DNA from: Cercozoa sp. M6MM | Taxonomy: Eukaryota; Protista; Endomyxa: Ascetosporea | Reading direction: 5' to 3' (one strand) | NCBI GenBank assembly: GCA_040357565.1 | Contig: JBDODJ010000060.1 | Length of the DNA: 64,000 nucleotides | In this document: positions 43,701-55,977 of the stretch, piece by piece | Numbering within the stretch: the stretch's first letter is position 1 | Layout: each line of letters begins with the position of its first letter | Made by a program: the position numbers and the translations under genes | The notes under the pieces: model-generated | Database searches by the model: none | What the model was told of the DNA's origin: nothing | The model's input: only the letters and a program-made list of their open reading frames with translations

Positions 43701-46700
43701 ACACACTCTGTTAAACAGACGAGGACCCCAAAAAGTACCTGCACTGTGACTGCCTTGTCACCGTGCTGGAGATGCAGGATAGAAGCGTCGACAGACACAC
43801 TGTCGTTCAAGGAAACGACAACGCCCTCCTCGCGCTTCCATAGGAACATCTGCACGCGACACGCGAACTCCACCAGTGCGTGTTCGTCTGGTGAGTCCTG
43901 AATTCCAACACAAATTCCTCTCCGCTCCAGTTTGAGTCAGTCAAAACTGCAGTTTCGTCTTTGTTTTACCGCATCAAAGCGAAAACGGCCTGTTTGCGCC
44001 AATTTTGCTGCCTGGACACAAAAGCAGCTTTCACTCGGTCTTTCACAACAAAGAACAGTTCACACACCTGTGTGGGTTTCTGTAAATCACTAGCACTGGT
44101 GATGTTGTCGAGTTCGTCCGCTTGCTTTCTGAAGAATGAAACTGATCCAGTTGGTTTGGGAACAAGAAACAGAAACATACACTCGCAGTTGTTCCTGCTG
44201 CTGGCGGAAGAAGCGATCGCCAACGTCACCACCCCAGTCAAACACGTCGTGCTCCTCTTCTTCCATGTCAACTGGGGCGACCTGCCCAGTAAAAAATAAA
44301 CTGAACTGTCTGGTCCAGTTGTACAGTTCAATGGACAGACGGCAGTGCTACAACTTCGGGGGTGACGGTGTGACACGTGCCCAGTAACAAAAGGAACTTG
44401 TGCGCCTTGTCACGTTGCATACTATGCCACACTAGGCGAAAGTCGGCGTGTCGGAACTCATCCTGTGGACCGGTCGTGTGACCATAGTATTGATACAATA
44501 TGAAAGAGTCAGACTAAACTTACCAAGGGAGGCAGCTTCTCGCTTCGTGGAGGCACATTCCTCTCGTCATTTTGCTCTTGATTCTCTTTCTCTTCTTCTT
44601 GGTTATTCTCGTGAGTGCTCGAGCTTCGGCGTTTGCTGTTCGGTGAGGAGGGACCATATAGCACGCCGTCCACGGCACAGTTGAGCACCTCCATGTCGTT
44701 TCTCCTGCTCACAGCCAGCGCACACGGGCATGCACAAAAACCAAGGAAGCTCAAGGCTGACGCTACGTCAAAGTGCCGGTTTTGTCGGCAAAAACAAAGT
44801 TCACGCGACCGAGTTCGTCGCTGCATCGATCAAGTCAAGCTTTAGTACAAATGCAACGAACACCTTGTCTGTATGGAGAAACCTCAAGTTGCTTGTGCGA
44901 GCGGCAGCAGGCAGGTCTCGTTCCGGGTCGTACATTGCTTCGTCGTTGTCCACCAGGACCTAAACAGAGATAGTGCAGCAATACAAAGGCCAGCAATATC
45001 GACAGTTACAGTTTATCGAACTTTGTGTGCCGCTCGTACGAGTTCCATACTGACGTAGAGCGAGATCGGCACCAGTAAATCAAGCAGCACAACGAAAGTC
45101 AGCACATTCGTAATGGCGAGAGTTGCAGAGTCTTGTTCTAAATTCACACTCATCGAAGAGACACCCCAGACTCTTCTTATCCGCACAATCGAGAAAGTGA
45201 TACCTGCGTCGGAATCGGAACCAGAGTCAAGTCGCAAGTAGATATCCGTGTCTGCTCGATTGGCATCAAGCCAGACCCACTGACTGTACAGTCGAGTTAT
45301 CACATCAGTCAGCGAAGAGAAAAAAGGAAGAAGAAGGTGCGATATTACAAAACGAAAGCAAGCACACAGGCGGTCAGCAGAATGCCAAAGATGAACAACA
45401 GCGCCGTGTCGACGATGCGATCAGACACGGCGCGTTTCTGCCGCTTCATGCGACTATTGTTTCGCATGATTCGCGTGTCGTCGCCGACGTAGACAACGGC
45501 TGCCACCACCTGCACACACACTCGTACTGTCGACTGTCAAACTGGACAGGAATCAATGCAACTAAAGGCAGAGGAGACCCAGGAAGTGTTGCGAATCGAC
45601 GTGCCTCGCAGCAGCAACTGATTTATGTCGATTGGCACGTCCTCGTGACCTGGCATTCGCAGTGCACCGCGCCACGAGTGCAAGTCGGTGCCGGCATCCT
45701 CGCTGGCCACACGCACGATGGGCAAGTGCTCCATGTAGCGAGTCGGCGTGCTGCCCTCGAGTCGCGTGGTGAGCGAGATGCCCTGCTTTCTCTTCAGGTT
45801 GGTCTCACCGTCGAGGTTCGACGTCTCCACGTGACACACACCTGGCCTGCCCACGTCGGCCGCATTCGCCTGCAGCAGCACTGCGTCGGCAGGCACCGTG
45901 TCACCGTCGCGAATACACACGATGTCGCCAACTCGGACCATGTCGCGTCGGATTCGCCGGAAACTGCGCAGCCAAACAACTGTAATATCTCGTTTTTAAC
46001 TCATGAAAAGCAAAGTTGTACCGCTTCACTTCGTGATTCCAAGTCAGAATTGGAGTGGCATTCTCCACGCTGTCTTCGCGGTGTCGTTGCACATCCTGCG
46101 GAACAAAAAATGGCGCCAACTGACGTCCAGAACTGCCAGAGGTTAACTAAACTTAAAATGATACCTCTATTCCTTCTTTCACTGCACTAACCGACAACAC
46201 GAACAAGAGCGGGAGAACTGACTACCAAACAAAAGCACCTCGCAGTAGCTTTAATTTCGGGCCGTTTCAGTTTGCTTCAGTCGGCTGAAAGTACCACAAG
46301 TGGCGATCGAGGCGAGTACGAAGTGAACGAAAGCGCCGTCACCATCAGAAAGTACAAGTTCGCTCTGCGATGGAACTGCTCGAAGAGGTTCTTTGGGAGA
46401 AAGTTCAGCAAGTTGTAGTGCGAAGTCTGTGCCACAATTCGCACGATGCCATTGGAACTTGGCATCTTTTTGCCAGTTGGTACTTGGGGTATGGTAAAGA
46501 TTAACCTTCACGCCGTTGCTATGCCTGCGGAGGTCGTCAGGTTGCCCGAATCGAAACCACGAACGCCACCCACTGACTTCAGATGAGCCAAGAGTTTAAT
46601 AATATACTAAGGTGAAGCAAGTGGGGGCAAACGCTACCGACCTGTGTCTTCTCAGGCTCTTCGAGGAGCCGGTTCAACTCCCGTTCCCGTAGCTCATGCC

Positions 46701-46737
46701 GTGCTCCTCGGGGTGCTAGAAACACGTGCGAGAGCAT
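40728..46737 (-). CDS. P4-type ATPase (phospholipid flippase)
   Basis: [75 protein letters not shown] and AIGDGANDV. Confidence 0.95.
42711..42800 (-). repeat. Coding 12-bp repeat giving an (ENNN)n insertion in the P4-ATPase
   Basis: Tandem ttcgttgttgtt on the + strand; translates [15 protein letters not shown]... Confidence 0.85.
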
Positions 46738-47156
46738 AGAATCCGCCACAACCGACGCACAGGTGTGTTTTCTTGATTAGACCTTCCCAAAATGGCAGTC
46801 ATTCATTTCAGTTTTACTCTGGGAGAGGAAACGCCAAAAAAACGAGTGCATCCGTTGGGCTCTAAAAGCTGTTGTGGGTTTTTAGAAGATTCAACGCACA
46901 TGACAAAACAGCACCCTAGGTTTGTTTCCTTGTGCTTGATCCGTTCTCCGCGAGAAATTCCCGCAACAGGTTCAAACTGAGGTGGCGGTGGCGCGCTTCG
47001 TCAACCAGAAAGGGGACGTTGCCAGTCGCGCGCAAGAAGCTGTCGTGTTGAGGGGCAGGATTTAATTGAGTCGAATCGGTTTGAAACACTGAGAAGAACT
47101 ATTTCACTTTGGCACACTTATACTATAAGACTATTTCGTTGGTTCGAACGGCGAGC

Positions 47157-49054
47157 TTAGCAGCCGAGCACCTGACGCGCCTGCTGCTGATCGTTCGTGA
47201 AGGTGAAGGACGACACGAGCTGCGGCTTGTTGACCGGGTCAGCTGTCAAGAACGCAGTCATATAGACCACACATCTGGGTGTACACACCTGGTGTACATG
47301 TTGTATACCAATGGAGGGCGCCAGTTCCAACAGTGCGTGCATCTTGTCGGCACTGCAAAAAAACACAGATGAACACGGTGAAAGGCGGCAGGAAGATACA
47401 GAGATGAACATGGAGCGGAGCAAGCGTTACCTCATGCTGAAGAGAGCGAGGATCTGCTGCACCTGCAGGCAGAGGAAGAGACTGGAGCCCTTGCCAGAAC
47501 GGAGTGCGTGGAACTTGTCCGTCGTCATGGAGGCACTCGCGATGCGTTGCAGCAAGGCGTTGAACGAGTGCGCGTCCATCACGGTCGGCTGCTGCGGCAT
47601 GCCGCTGCTGCTGCTGTTCATGTACATGCTGCTGTTGTTGCTGTTGTTCATGGGCATGCTATTGTTCATGGGCTGCATTGGTTGTTGCATCGGCTGCATC
47701 GGCTGCATGGGTTGTTGCATCGGCTGCATAGGCTGCATCGGCTGCATGGGTTGTTGCATGGGCTGCATAGGCTGCATCGGTTGCATGGGCTGCATCGATT
47801 GCATGGGCTGCATCGGTTGTTGGATAGGCTGCATGGGTTGCATGGGCTGCATGGACTGCATCGGCGGCTGCATAGGTTGCTGCGGCTGCATCGGCTGCAT
47901 CGACTGGGCAGACTGCGCCGGACGAGCGTACACCGGCTTCTGCACGCTCAGCAGGTGGTAGGAAAACACCTCCCTGCACACAGATGCACGTAGACATAAA
48001 CGTGTACATGTATATGTATAGACATGCGCAGAGATAAAAAGGCACAGCGTACCACGCCTGCACCTGCTGACGGTTGCACTCGAGCGTGCCGTTCTGCTGT
48101 GCCGACAGGAAAGTGTTGTGTGCCACCGACTGCACAGCCACGCGGCCCTTGCCCTGGATCAGCAGGCGGAACTGCTCCCTGCGGCAGGCACACGGGTAGC
48201 CACATTGACCGCAGGTGCAGTGTGCTGTGTCCTACCACTCCTGCGGACGGTCGCGGTTGGCCACGATGCAGCCATTCTGCTCGGCGCACATGTACTTGCC
48301 GTGGTAGGTCTTGATGTGCACCACTCCGCCTGGAAATACATCACGAAAATATACAAATAAAAACAAAAAAATACAGAAATACATAAAGAAATAACCAGAA
48401 AGTCAAAACACCGCCGATCGGGATCAGTTGCAGCTGCTCGAACTTCTTGGCGCGACTACGGTTGGCCACGGCCTCACCGGTCTTTTCGGCGCAGACGTAC
48501 TTGCCGTGACTGCTCTTGAGCGTGATCTTGCAGGCCGACATGGAGATGCCCCTGCGACAATACACAATCAGAAACGTCAACCGGTCACAGACAGAGTGAT
48601 TGGACAGAAACGCCTACTGCGAAATCGACTGCACGAGGTCCATCTGCTGGCCCGAGGGCGCCGGAGCCGGCGCGTGGTGGTGCACAGTGTGGTGCGTCAC
48701 CGTCTGATGCGAGCTCTTCTGGCTGCTGCCGACGATGGCGCTGCCGACGGCGGCACCCACCAGACCGCCCACCAGAGCAGTGCCGAGGCCGTGTCCATCT
48801 GTTCCCAATCAAGTGCAGTCAAACAAAGTGCAGTCACAGTCAAATACAATCCCTCAACACAACAGCACAGCACAGCAAGCCTACGGCGGTGTCCGTGACG
48901 ATGTCCATGACGATGACCATGGCGCCCGTGACGATGACCGTCTACAGTACCAGCAAAGCACATCAACACAATGCAACAAAACACCACGGCAGAAAAATAA
49001 AACAATACGTCGTCGGTTGCCACCCCCAATTCCAATGTTCAAATTGAAGCTCAT
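47157..49054 (-). CDS. Mosaic protein: (HGHR)n, glycine zipper, fascin-like beta-trefoil, (QPM)n, DUF4476-like domain
   Basis: Three fascin-type repeats ([47 protein letters not shown]). C-terminus [13 protein letters not shown]...[24 protein letters not shown]...FTF matches the DUF4476 pattern. Confidence 0.8.
47650..47905 (-). repeat. Coding 9-bp repeat, (QPM)n
   Basis: Degenerate atgcagccc/atgcagccg units over about 250 bp. Confidence 0.9.
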
Positions 49055-49234
49055 GTTTTGTGTCTAGTGTGCAGCAAAGTGTGTGTGCACTTCAATTGGA
49101 CCAAGAGTGACCGGAAAGGCACAGGGAAGAGCCGCAGAAATTCTGAGCGAGCAGTATTGTCGGCTGTCTTATGCTCTTGGTCACCAGCGGCCGGTGGGCA
49201 CTGGCCCAGTTTAATATCGCCTACGGTACGCTGT

Positions 49235-49348
49235 GGCACTGTGCTGGTAGACTAAAACTGGTGCTACTAAGCGCGATCGGCACTGTGCTGGTAGACTAAA
49301 ATTGTTGCCACAACCGATCGCGAGGACGACACAACCGACCGCGAGGAC
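49235..49348. repeat. Two pairs of direct repeats upstream of the fascin/DUF4476 gene
   Basis: GGCACTGTGCTGGTAGACTAAAA at 49235 and 49279; ACAACCGAYCGCGAGGAC at 49310 and 49331. Confidence 0.85.
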
Positions 49349-49512
49349 AACTGCGGCAGTCCGGTGCAATTTAAATGCATGCTAACACAGGTACGCTGAC
49401 GGTACGAATTCGAATAATTCACATCGGATTAACGTTGTTCCGTGCGGACGATTGGGCCGCATCCGGTACAATCGAATCAAACTGGGACTGAGCCGACATC
49501 TGCCAGTTGGCC

Positions 49513-52500
49513 TCATTGGGCAGCAGCGGCGCGCTTGGCGCGTTCCTCGCGCACCTTGGCGGCCTTCTTGTGCAGTCGCTTGGCAGCCTTGTCGATGGCC
49601 TTCATGACCTTGCGTCGGTCGCCCTGCGACTTGGCCTCATAGAACTTCTTGTACTGCGGCACGAGCTCGCACTGGTGCGCCAGCGCTCCTGACCGGTAGC
49701 ATGCTGTCCATCAGCACACACACACACACACACGTACACACAAGTTAGTTAGTCAGAGAGGTTGACAGTAGTAACATAGATAGTAGTTAAGTGTGCGGAG
49801 TGCGGAGAGGAGAATAAACATACACTCGACGCGCACCAGGAGCTCCACCGTGTCGCCAAAGAAGAGCGCGACCTTCTCAGCCTCCTTGAGGAAGGCCTTG
49901 TTCTCCTTGCTGAGCGAGTGACCCGTGTCACGGTAGTACTTGGCGTCGAACGACACGCGCATCGCGCTGAACAGGTTCGCCACTGTCTCGCACACCTGTG
50001 TGTGCCCAACATATCGTCCAACTACAATACAGACTAGATAAGGGGGTTTACCAGCAGGTCCGACGGACAGTGGCCGGCGCTGCCGTGGTCCTCGTCGTCC
50101 TCGTAGACCGACCGGCCCGGCCGCGGAAAGTGCAGTCCGAAATCGTCCTGCTTGGAGAAGGCCGTCACATGCCGACTGAACAGGGGGGGGGGGGNNNNNN
50201 NNNNNNNNNNNNNNNNNNNNNNNNNNNNNNNNNNNNNNNNNNNNNNNNNNNNNNNNNNNNNNNNNNNNNNNNNNNNNNNNNNNNNNNNNNNNNNCCCCCC
50301 CCCCCCCCCCCCCCCAAAACAGCAGGGCTACATTCTCGCCGGGCTCGTTGTCAAGCTTGAGCGGCGCCTTGTCGTCGCTACTGTAGCGCGACAGCGACGA
50401 CGACGTGGCCCGCGACATCGACATGGACGTGTGTCGCCGCAGCGTGCCGAACGACGTGCTGCTCCGACCGGCTAATGAGCGCGTCGAGTTGCCTGTCTTG
50501 GGTGCACCTGCCAGACACACCGCCAGTGAACGTACTACCTAGACCATGTACAGACAAGTCCAGTGTACCAGCCGAGAGACGCGAGGCCACGAGTCGCAGT
50601 TCCTCGCGCTGCTGCTCGCGCATGAGTTCGCGTCGCGACAGCGCCGGCGTGCGAAAGTCGGCGCCGATGGTGTCGGTGGCACCCCACTGCGCCGACCGCA
50701 GCACGAAGAGTTTCACGATCGACACCACCTGCAGCAGCGACGCCCACGGTCCCTGCTCCGTCGAGAAGGCCGTCGCGCCCGGGAAACGCCGCTCCGCGCG
50801 CAGACGGAACAGCAGCGACAACAGGATCTGATTCGCCACGAAACGCGACTCCACGCGGTTGCCTGAAACCAAATGTAGAGTAGGGCAAGTGCAGGGCAAA
50901 TGCAGGACAACTGTAGGACAAGTGCAGGGGGCGGGAACAATACCGCCAAAGTGCGACAACTCGTTGAGTGTATCGAGCAACAAACGCGGCGCTGTCACAC
51001 CGTTCTTCACGTCCGGGTCGAAGACATACCGCACCTGGGGGAAGGGGTTAAATAGGAAGGGGGCTAGGATGGGGACACAGCCTACCAGAATGGCCGAAAT
51101 GATACTGGCAAAGTTGATAAAGACTTGGCGTGCCTACACATGCACACAGAGATCTTCCCACAGTAGAAAAGAAAAAAACAACTAAGGGAATACCGCATGC
51201 GCCTTCGTATTTGGGGCGGCGTCCTTGCCGGCGGCAACGTCGGCCACGCGCACGTCCAGCAGCAGCGACAGTAGCGAGCGCAGCCAGTTCGTGTGCGAGA
51301 TGAAGGCGTGACAGTTCTGCACCGACGTCATGAAGAGCGACGTCATCTCCTTGAACATTGCCAGTCGCCTGCACACCTCAACGGGTAACAGGTGTAGCAT
51401 ACGGGAGCACAGGGGTTGCAAGGGGGAAAGGGGTACGTGTGGATGTCGGCACGACGCAGCAGGTGCAGCGCCGCAGTGAAGAGTCCAGGTGCCGTCACTT
51501 TGTGCGACGGCAGCATCTCGAGTCCACGTGCCTCGCGCTCCTCCTCACTCATCGTGATTACCTTCGAGGGGAGGTATACAAGTAACCCTGCTGGACGGAA
51601 GGGAGTAAAACCTCAGGCTACCTGTTTCGGGTTCGATACAATGATGGGCAGCAGTGTCTTCAAGGCCAGGGCGCCCGGAATGTTCGTGTTGCGTCTGAGA
51701 CAGTCCGTGAGCCACACCTGTACAGAGGGAGGGGGACAGTTGGTAGATATGCGATCGGAGGAGCAGTGTCAAGGTTACCGTAGCAGTGGACACGAGGCCC
51801 TTTCGGTTCAGCATGAGTGCCCACACAGCACGCAGTGCGAGGTCTTGTGCCTATGGCAAGTATATATATATATATATGTATATTTATACACACATCTAGA
51901 TCTTATATCTATACACTTATTTCTCTATATATGAGTATCTGCAAAGGGACAAAAGACACCTCCAAGTCCTCGGCCACCAGCAAGGCATTCTCCTGCGGCG
52001 CATTGAAGGCCGTGAACACAATGTCGATGAAGGGCGCCGTCGCCATGATCTTGTCCAAGTACACCATGGCCTTGAAGTCCAGACTGTCGATCAGCGGCCG
52101 CACCGCACTCTCAAAGTCGTACCGGAACAAGTATCCCGGTGCAGACACTACGCACAGGGGGNNNNNNNNNNNNNNNNNNNNNNNNNNNNNNNNNNNNNNN
52201 NNNNNNNNNNNNNNNNNNNNNNNNNNNNNNNNNNNNNNNNNNNNNNNNNNNNNNNNNNNNNAGTGTACCACCCAACACGCACTGCAGGAACTCGGCATCC
52301 GAGTGAATCGTCGCACCAATCCATGTGCACAACGCCTGCGCTGTCTTGTTGCCTGAGGGGAGGGGAGGGGGTAAGCAGGGATAGAGCGGGATCGATATAT
52401 TATAGATATATATATAGATACTTTCCATATAGCATAGACATAGATAGATAATTATATATATATATATATATCAAGGGAAGGTACCAGCCTCGATAGGCTT

Positions 52501-53373
52501 GCGAATGAGACGCGCAAAGTGCGCCAGAACAGTTGTGGATCGACCCACCGTCAGCGTGATATCCAGCTCTTCGCACATCTGGGAGAGGGAGGGGGTAAAG
52601 GGATATGGGGGAAATAAAGGGTATGGGGGGAAGGAACCTGTCCGAAGCGCCGCGCATCCTCGATCGAGATGCCCGTCTTCCGAGGCGTTTGCACCTGTGA
52701 CGCGGGGGGAGGGTAAGGATAGAGCTGGGGAGGGGTAAAAGGCACCTGTGCCCGCTTGGCGCTGAGCGGCGTCCCGCCCACCGATCGCGGCGTCGTTCGG
52801 CCCGTGGTGGATCTAGGCGTCGATTTCAGCGATGTCTGCCTCTGGGGGGGGGGGGGGGGAGGAGGGGGGGGGGTGGGGGGTGGGAGGGCAAAAACTACCA
52901 GTTCGGCCACCGTGGGAATACGCACCGGCGGCACAGGTCGCGGCGTCGACGGCGTCAAGGGCGACGCACCAGCCTCGCCGGTCATTGCTGTTGTTTTCGG
53001 TGACGTTGTTGTTGTTTTCTCTGTTGTCGTTTCTGTCGGCGTTTCTTGCGGCTTTTGTTCACCGGCCTGCTTAGACGGCGGCGGACAGGCTGAGGTGCAC
53101 AAGATTTAAGGAACACGAAGAGTTTAAGTAGGCAAGGTTAAAGGGGGAAAGGGGTACGGTTAAAGGGGGCAAGGATAAAGGGGACACAGAAGAACTTAAG
53201 AGGGCCAAAATTAAAGGGACAGAAGTACACGGAGGTCTCGGCGAGTGTCGCGGCGGAGGCGGTCCCTCCTCCTTGTCCTCGTCGTCAACAGGCGGCGGCA
53301 GCACGTCCTCGTCCTCGTCCTCGTCCAGCGGCAGCTGCAGCGGCGGCGGCGGCGGCATCAGCTCGTCCGCCAT
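49513..53373 (-). CDS. Large alpha-helical hypothetical protein with Pro/acidic N-terminus, possibly related to the neurobeachin/BEACH-protein solenoid region
   Basis: Many in-frame exons from MADELMPPPP to ...AKRAAAAQ*. NCHAFISHTNWLRSLLSLL weakly recalls the neurobeachin ARM region. No BEACH or WD40 seen; two N-gaps inside. Confidence 0.6.
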
Positions 53374-54253
53374 CCTTCTCTATCTCTGTCTCTGTTTTTG
53401 TCCTCTGTCTCTGTCTGGGGAGCTGACTTATTCGCTCCCTTAAGCAATCAATAATACGAGACGCAACAGGGCTGCTCCAGGACTACAACAAAAGCACAAA
53501 GTTAGTCCAAGGGTCCCATGGGGCACGGGCTCAAAAGAAGACCACACGCCTCCTTACAATGACTGATCTTCCAGTCACATGAAAGAATCAGTAGCACAGG
53601 CACCAGCGTCATGAAACAACAGCAAGAAAAACGCTTCACAAAACTGAGAAATCATCTGGACAGGCAGATCCCTACCGCAGAGCTTGTACAATTACCACGT
53701 GTCACACCAGCACAGCCACACGCACACACACACTCACAAGCAGCTCAAAATGAATTTCACGCGGCGCGCCCGAGGCGCACGAGGACACCTCGCGAAGACC
53801 ACTGGGCACAATCACCCAGAATCACACACAAAATGATCACTGCCAAGAAACGCTCGAGGCCGATCGTGGCATTGCACTCGTCCCCAAACCGGCAGACACT
53901 CACGAGCGCACAAAACACGCCTCAAAAGGCCATGGGCACCAACACCAGAGCGCAGATGTCAGCGACCACATAACACAACCAAGGACTGTATTACCCAAGC
54001 TGCCGGGTCTGTGACGTCGTACTTGGCGTAGCACTCCTCTCACGTGACGCAGAGCGCGCCAGTATTCGATAGGCTGACCTCAAGGGCAGAAAGAAGTGGT
54101 TGGCCAGTGATCGATCGTTCTACTTAAGCAGCATGATCACTTCACCTTCACTGACTGATCGATCGGTGTGAACATTCATCAATCGCATCAAGCGGTTGCT
54201 GGTTGAACTGAGAATTATGCGTACTCTGACGTAGAGCTAGGGGCAGAGACGAG

Positions 54254-55977
54254 TTACTGCTGGTCGGCGTTGCCGTTGCCGTTGCCTTGCTCAGGATTCT
54301 CATTCCAGTCGGCCATCAGCGACTCCCTGTTCAACAAACACGTATGCCATCGTATCGACAGACACATGTGAAGCAAAGTACTGATTCTCAAAGAGGTAGG
54401 ACGCGGCGGCGTTCTCGTCCTTGTCGCACAGCAGATAGGCCTGCAGCGCCAGCTGCTCTGGGAAGCCCAGCAGCGCCTGCAGCAACATGCATCGGCACAA
54501 ACGCATCGGCGCAAAGGGTAGGTACAGGCAAAGGGCAACAGGAAAACATACCAGGCGCTGCACAGCCTCGGCCTCCTCCGGCGTGAGTCGAATCACGTTT
54601 GGGTCATCCTGCGGCGGCGCGCCCATGCCACCGCCACCGCGGGCTCGCATGAAGGCATGCACCAGTGCCTCCAACATGGCTGGTTGCTACACAGGGGGCG
54701 GGGGGGGGGGGATAATGTCAGGGTAATGTCAGGGTAATGTCAAGGATAAAGAAAAGCAAGAGGCTAGTACCTGCACAAGCTGCATGACAGCAGCAGGGTT
54801 CTGCTGCAGCATCGCCGCCATCTGCGGGTCGTTCGCCGCCAGCTGACTCAGCAACGCCGCCACCAGCTGCGGGTTGCTTTGCAGGAGCTGTACAAACACA
54901 CGTACACACACATACACACAAAGATACCCACCCCAATGTGTGTGTGTGTATCTGAAGTACCTGTCGAACGCCTTCAAATTCTTGAGCAGCAGCAGCTGCA
55001 GACAAGTGATACAGAAAGCACACACAGGCCTACACACAAAGCGAGACACTCCGAAAGAAAAGGTACCAGGCATAGCACCCTGCTGTGCTTGCGCCGGCTG
55101 GCCTTGCTGTTGCGGCTGCTGTTGTTGCGCCTGCTGCTGTTGCGCCTGCTGCTGCGGTCGCGGCGCCGGCATGCGCGGGACACTGCCCGAGAACAGCAAG
55201 TTGGCCGCCATCTATGTGTGTACAAACATCAAGACAGCAACATAAAAACAGGCACAACACACAACACCGAGTACACAGAGTGAATTGTACATCAGCAGAG
55301 TTGCCAGCCATTTCGAGCGCCCGCTCTACCTGCGATCGAGTGAAATCGCCAAGCATCTAAGACCACACACACACAGTATTCAAACGGCACCAGCGAAGTA
55401 AGCACACGACATTGTGAAGCACACACCATGAGTTGTTGGACGGCTTCTTCGTTCTGCGCTGGTCGAGGCGCTGCTTGGGCAGGCTGGGCAGGCTGAACGG
55501 CTTGTTGTTGAACGGGCTGGGCAGGCTGAGCAGGCTGAGCAGGCTGGGCAGGCGACGGTTGCACTGCAGCTGCCGACTCAGTGGCCACGGCTGGCTGCTC
55601 CGCCGGCTTGGGCTTGGGCTTTGGCTTCTAAAACGAATCAGTTCTTTTCAAAAAAGGAGACAACAGTGCAAAAGGTCAAAGTACCGCCGTGGGCTTTGAC
55701 ATGACGATCACAGTGTCACCTGCGTTGAAGCGCTCGTTGATTCCGCCACTGTTGAGCATCTTGCCTGTTTGGGGTTTTCGTAAATGAGCAGAGTGCAAAA
55801 AAAAAGTTCAGGTTGCCCATGTATGGTTGCCTATGTACCCTTGTGAATGAGACGCACGCCGGCAGCGTCGCCTTCGATCACATCGGCGACACGCTGCTTG
55901 ATCTGCGCGAACTCCTCGCCTTGCTCGACTTCGAGACTGAACTTGCGGCCCTTGACCGTCTTGAAATTGAGCAACAT
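54254..55977 (-). CDS. RAD23: UV excision repair protein RAD23 (UBL-UBA-XPCB-UBA)
   Basis: MLLNFKTVKGRKF...RLIHKGKML, FTRSQVERAL..A.NSAD.AANLL, QSNPQLVAALLSQLA..DP and IRLTPEEAEAVQRL..LGF...QAYLLCDKDENAAASYLFE. Confidence 0.95.

Noticed and set aside
49235-49348. CRISPR-like repeat-spacer
   Set aside because: Only two copies of each repeat, eukaryotic context and no cas genes.
53970-54120. Minus-strand C-V-T-TGA-E-E-C resembling a CxxU selenoprotein
   Set aside because: In-frame TAA upstream, no start codon or thioredoxin-fold context, and no identifiable SECIS.
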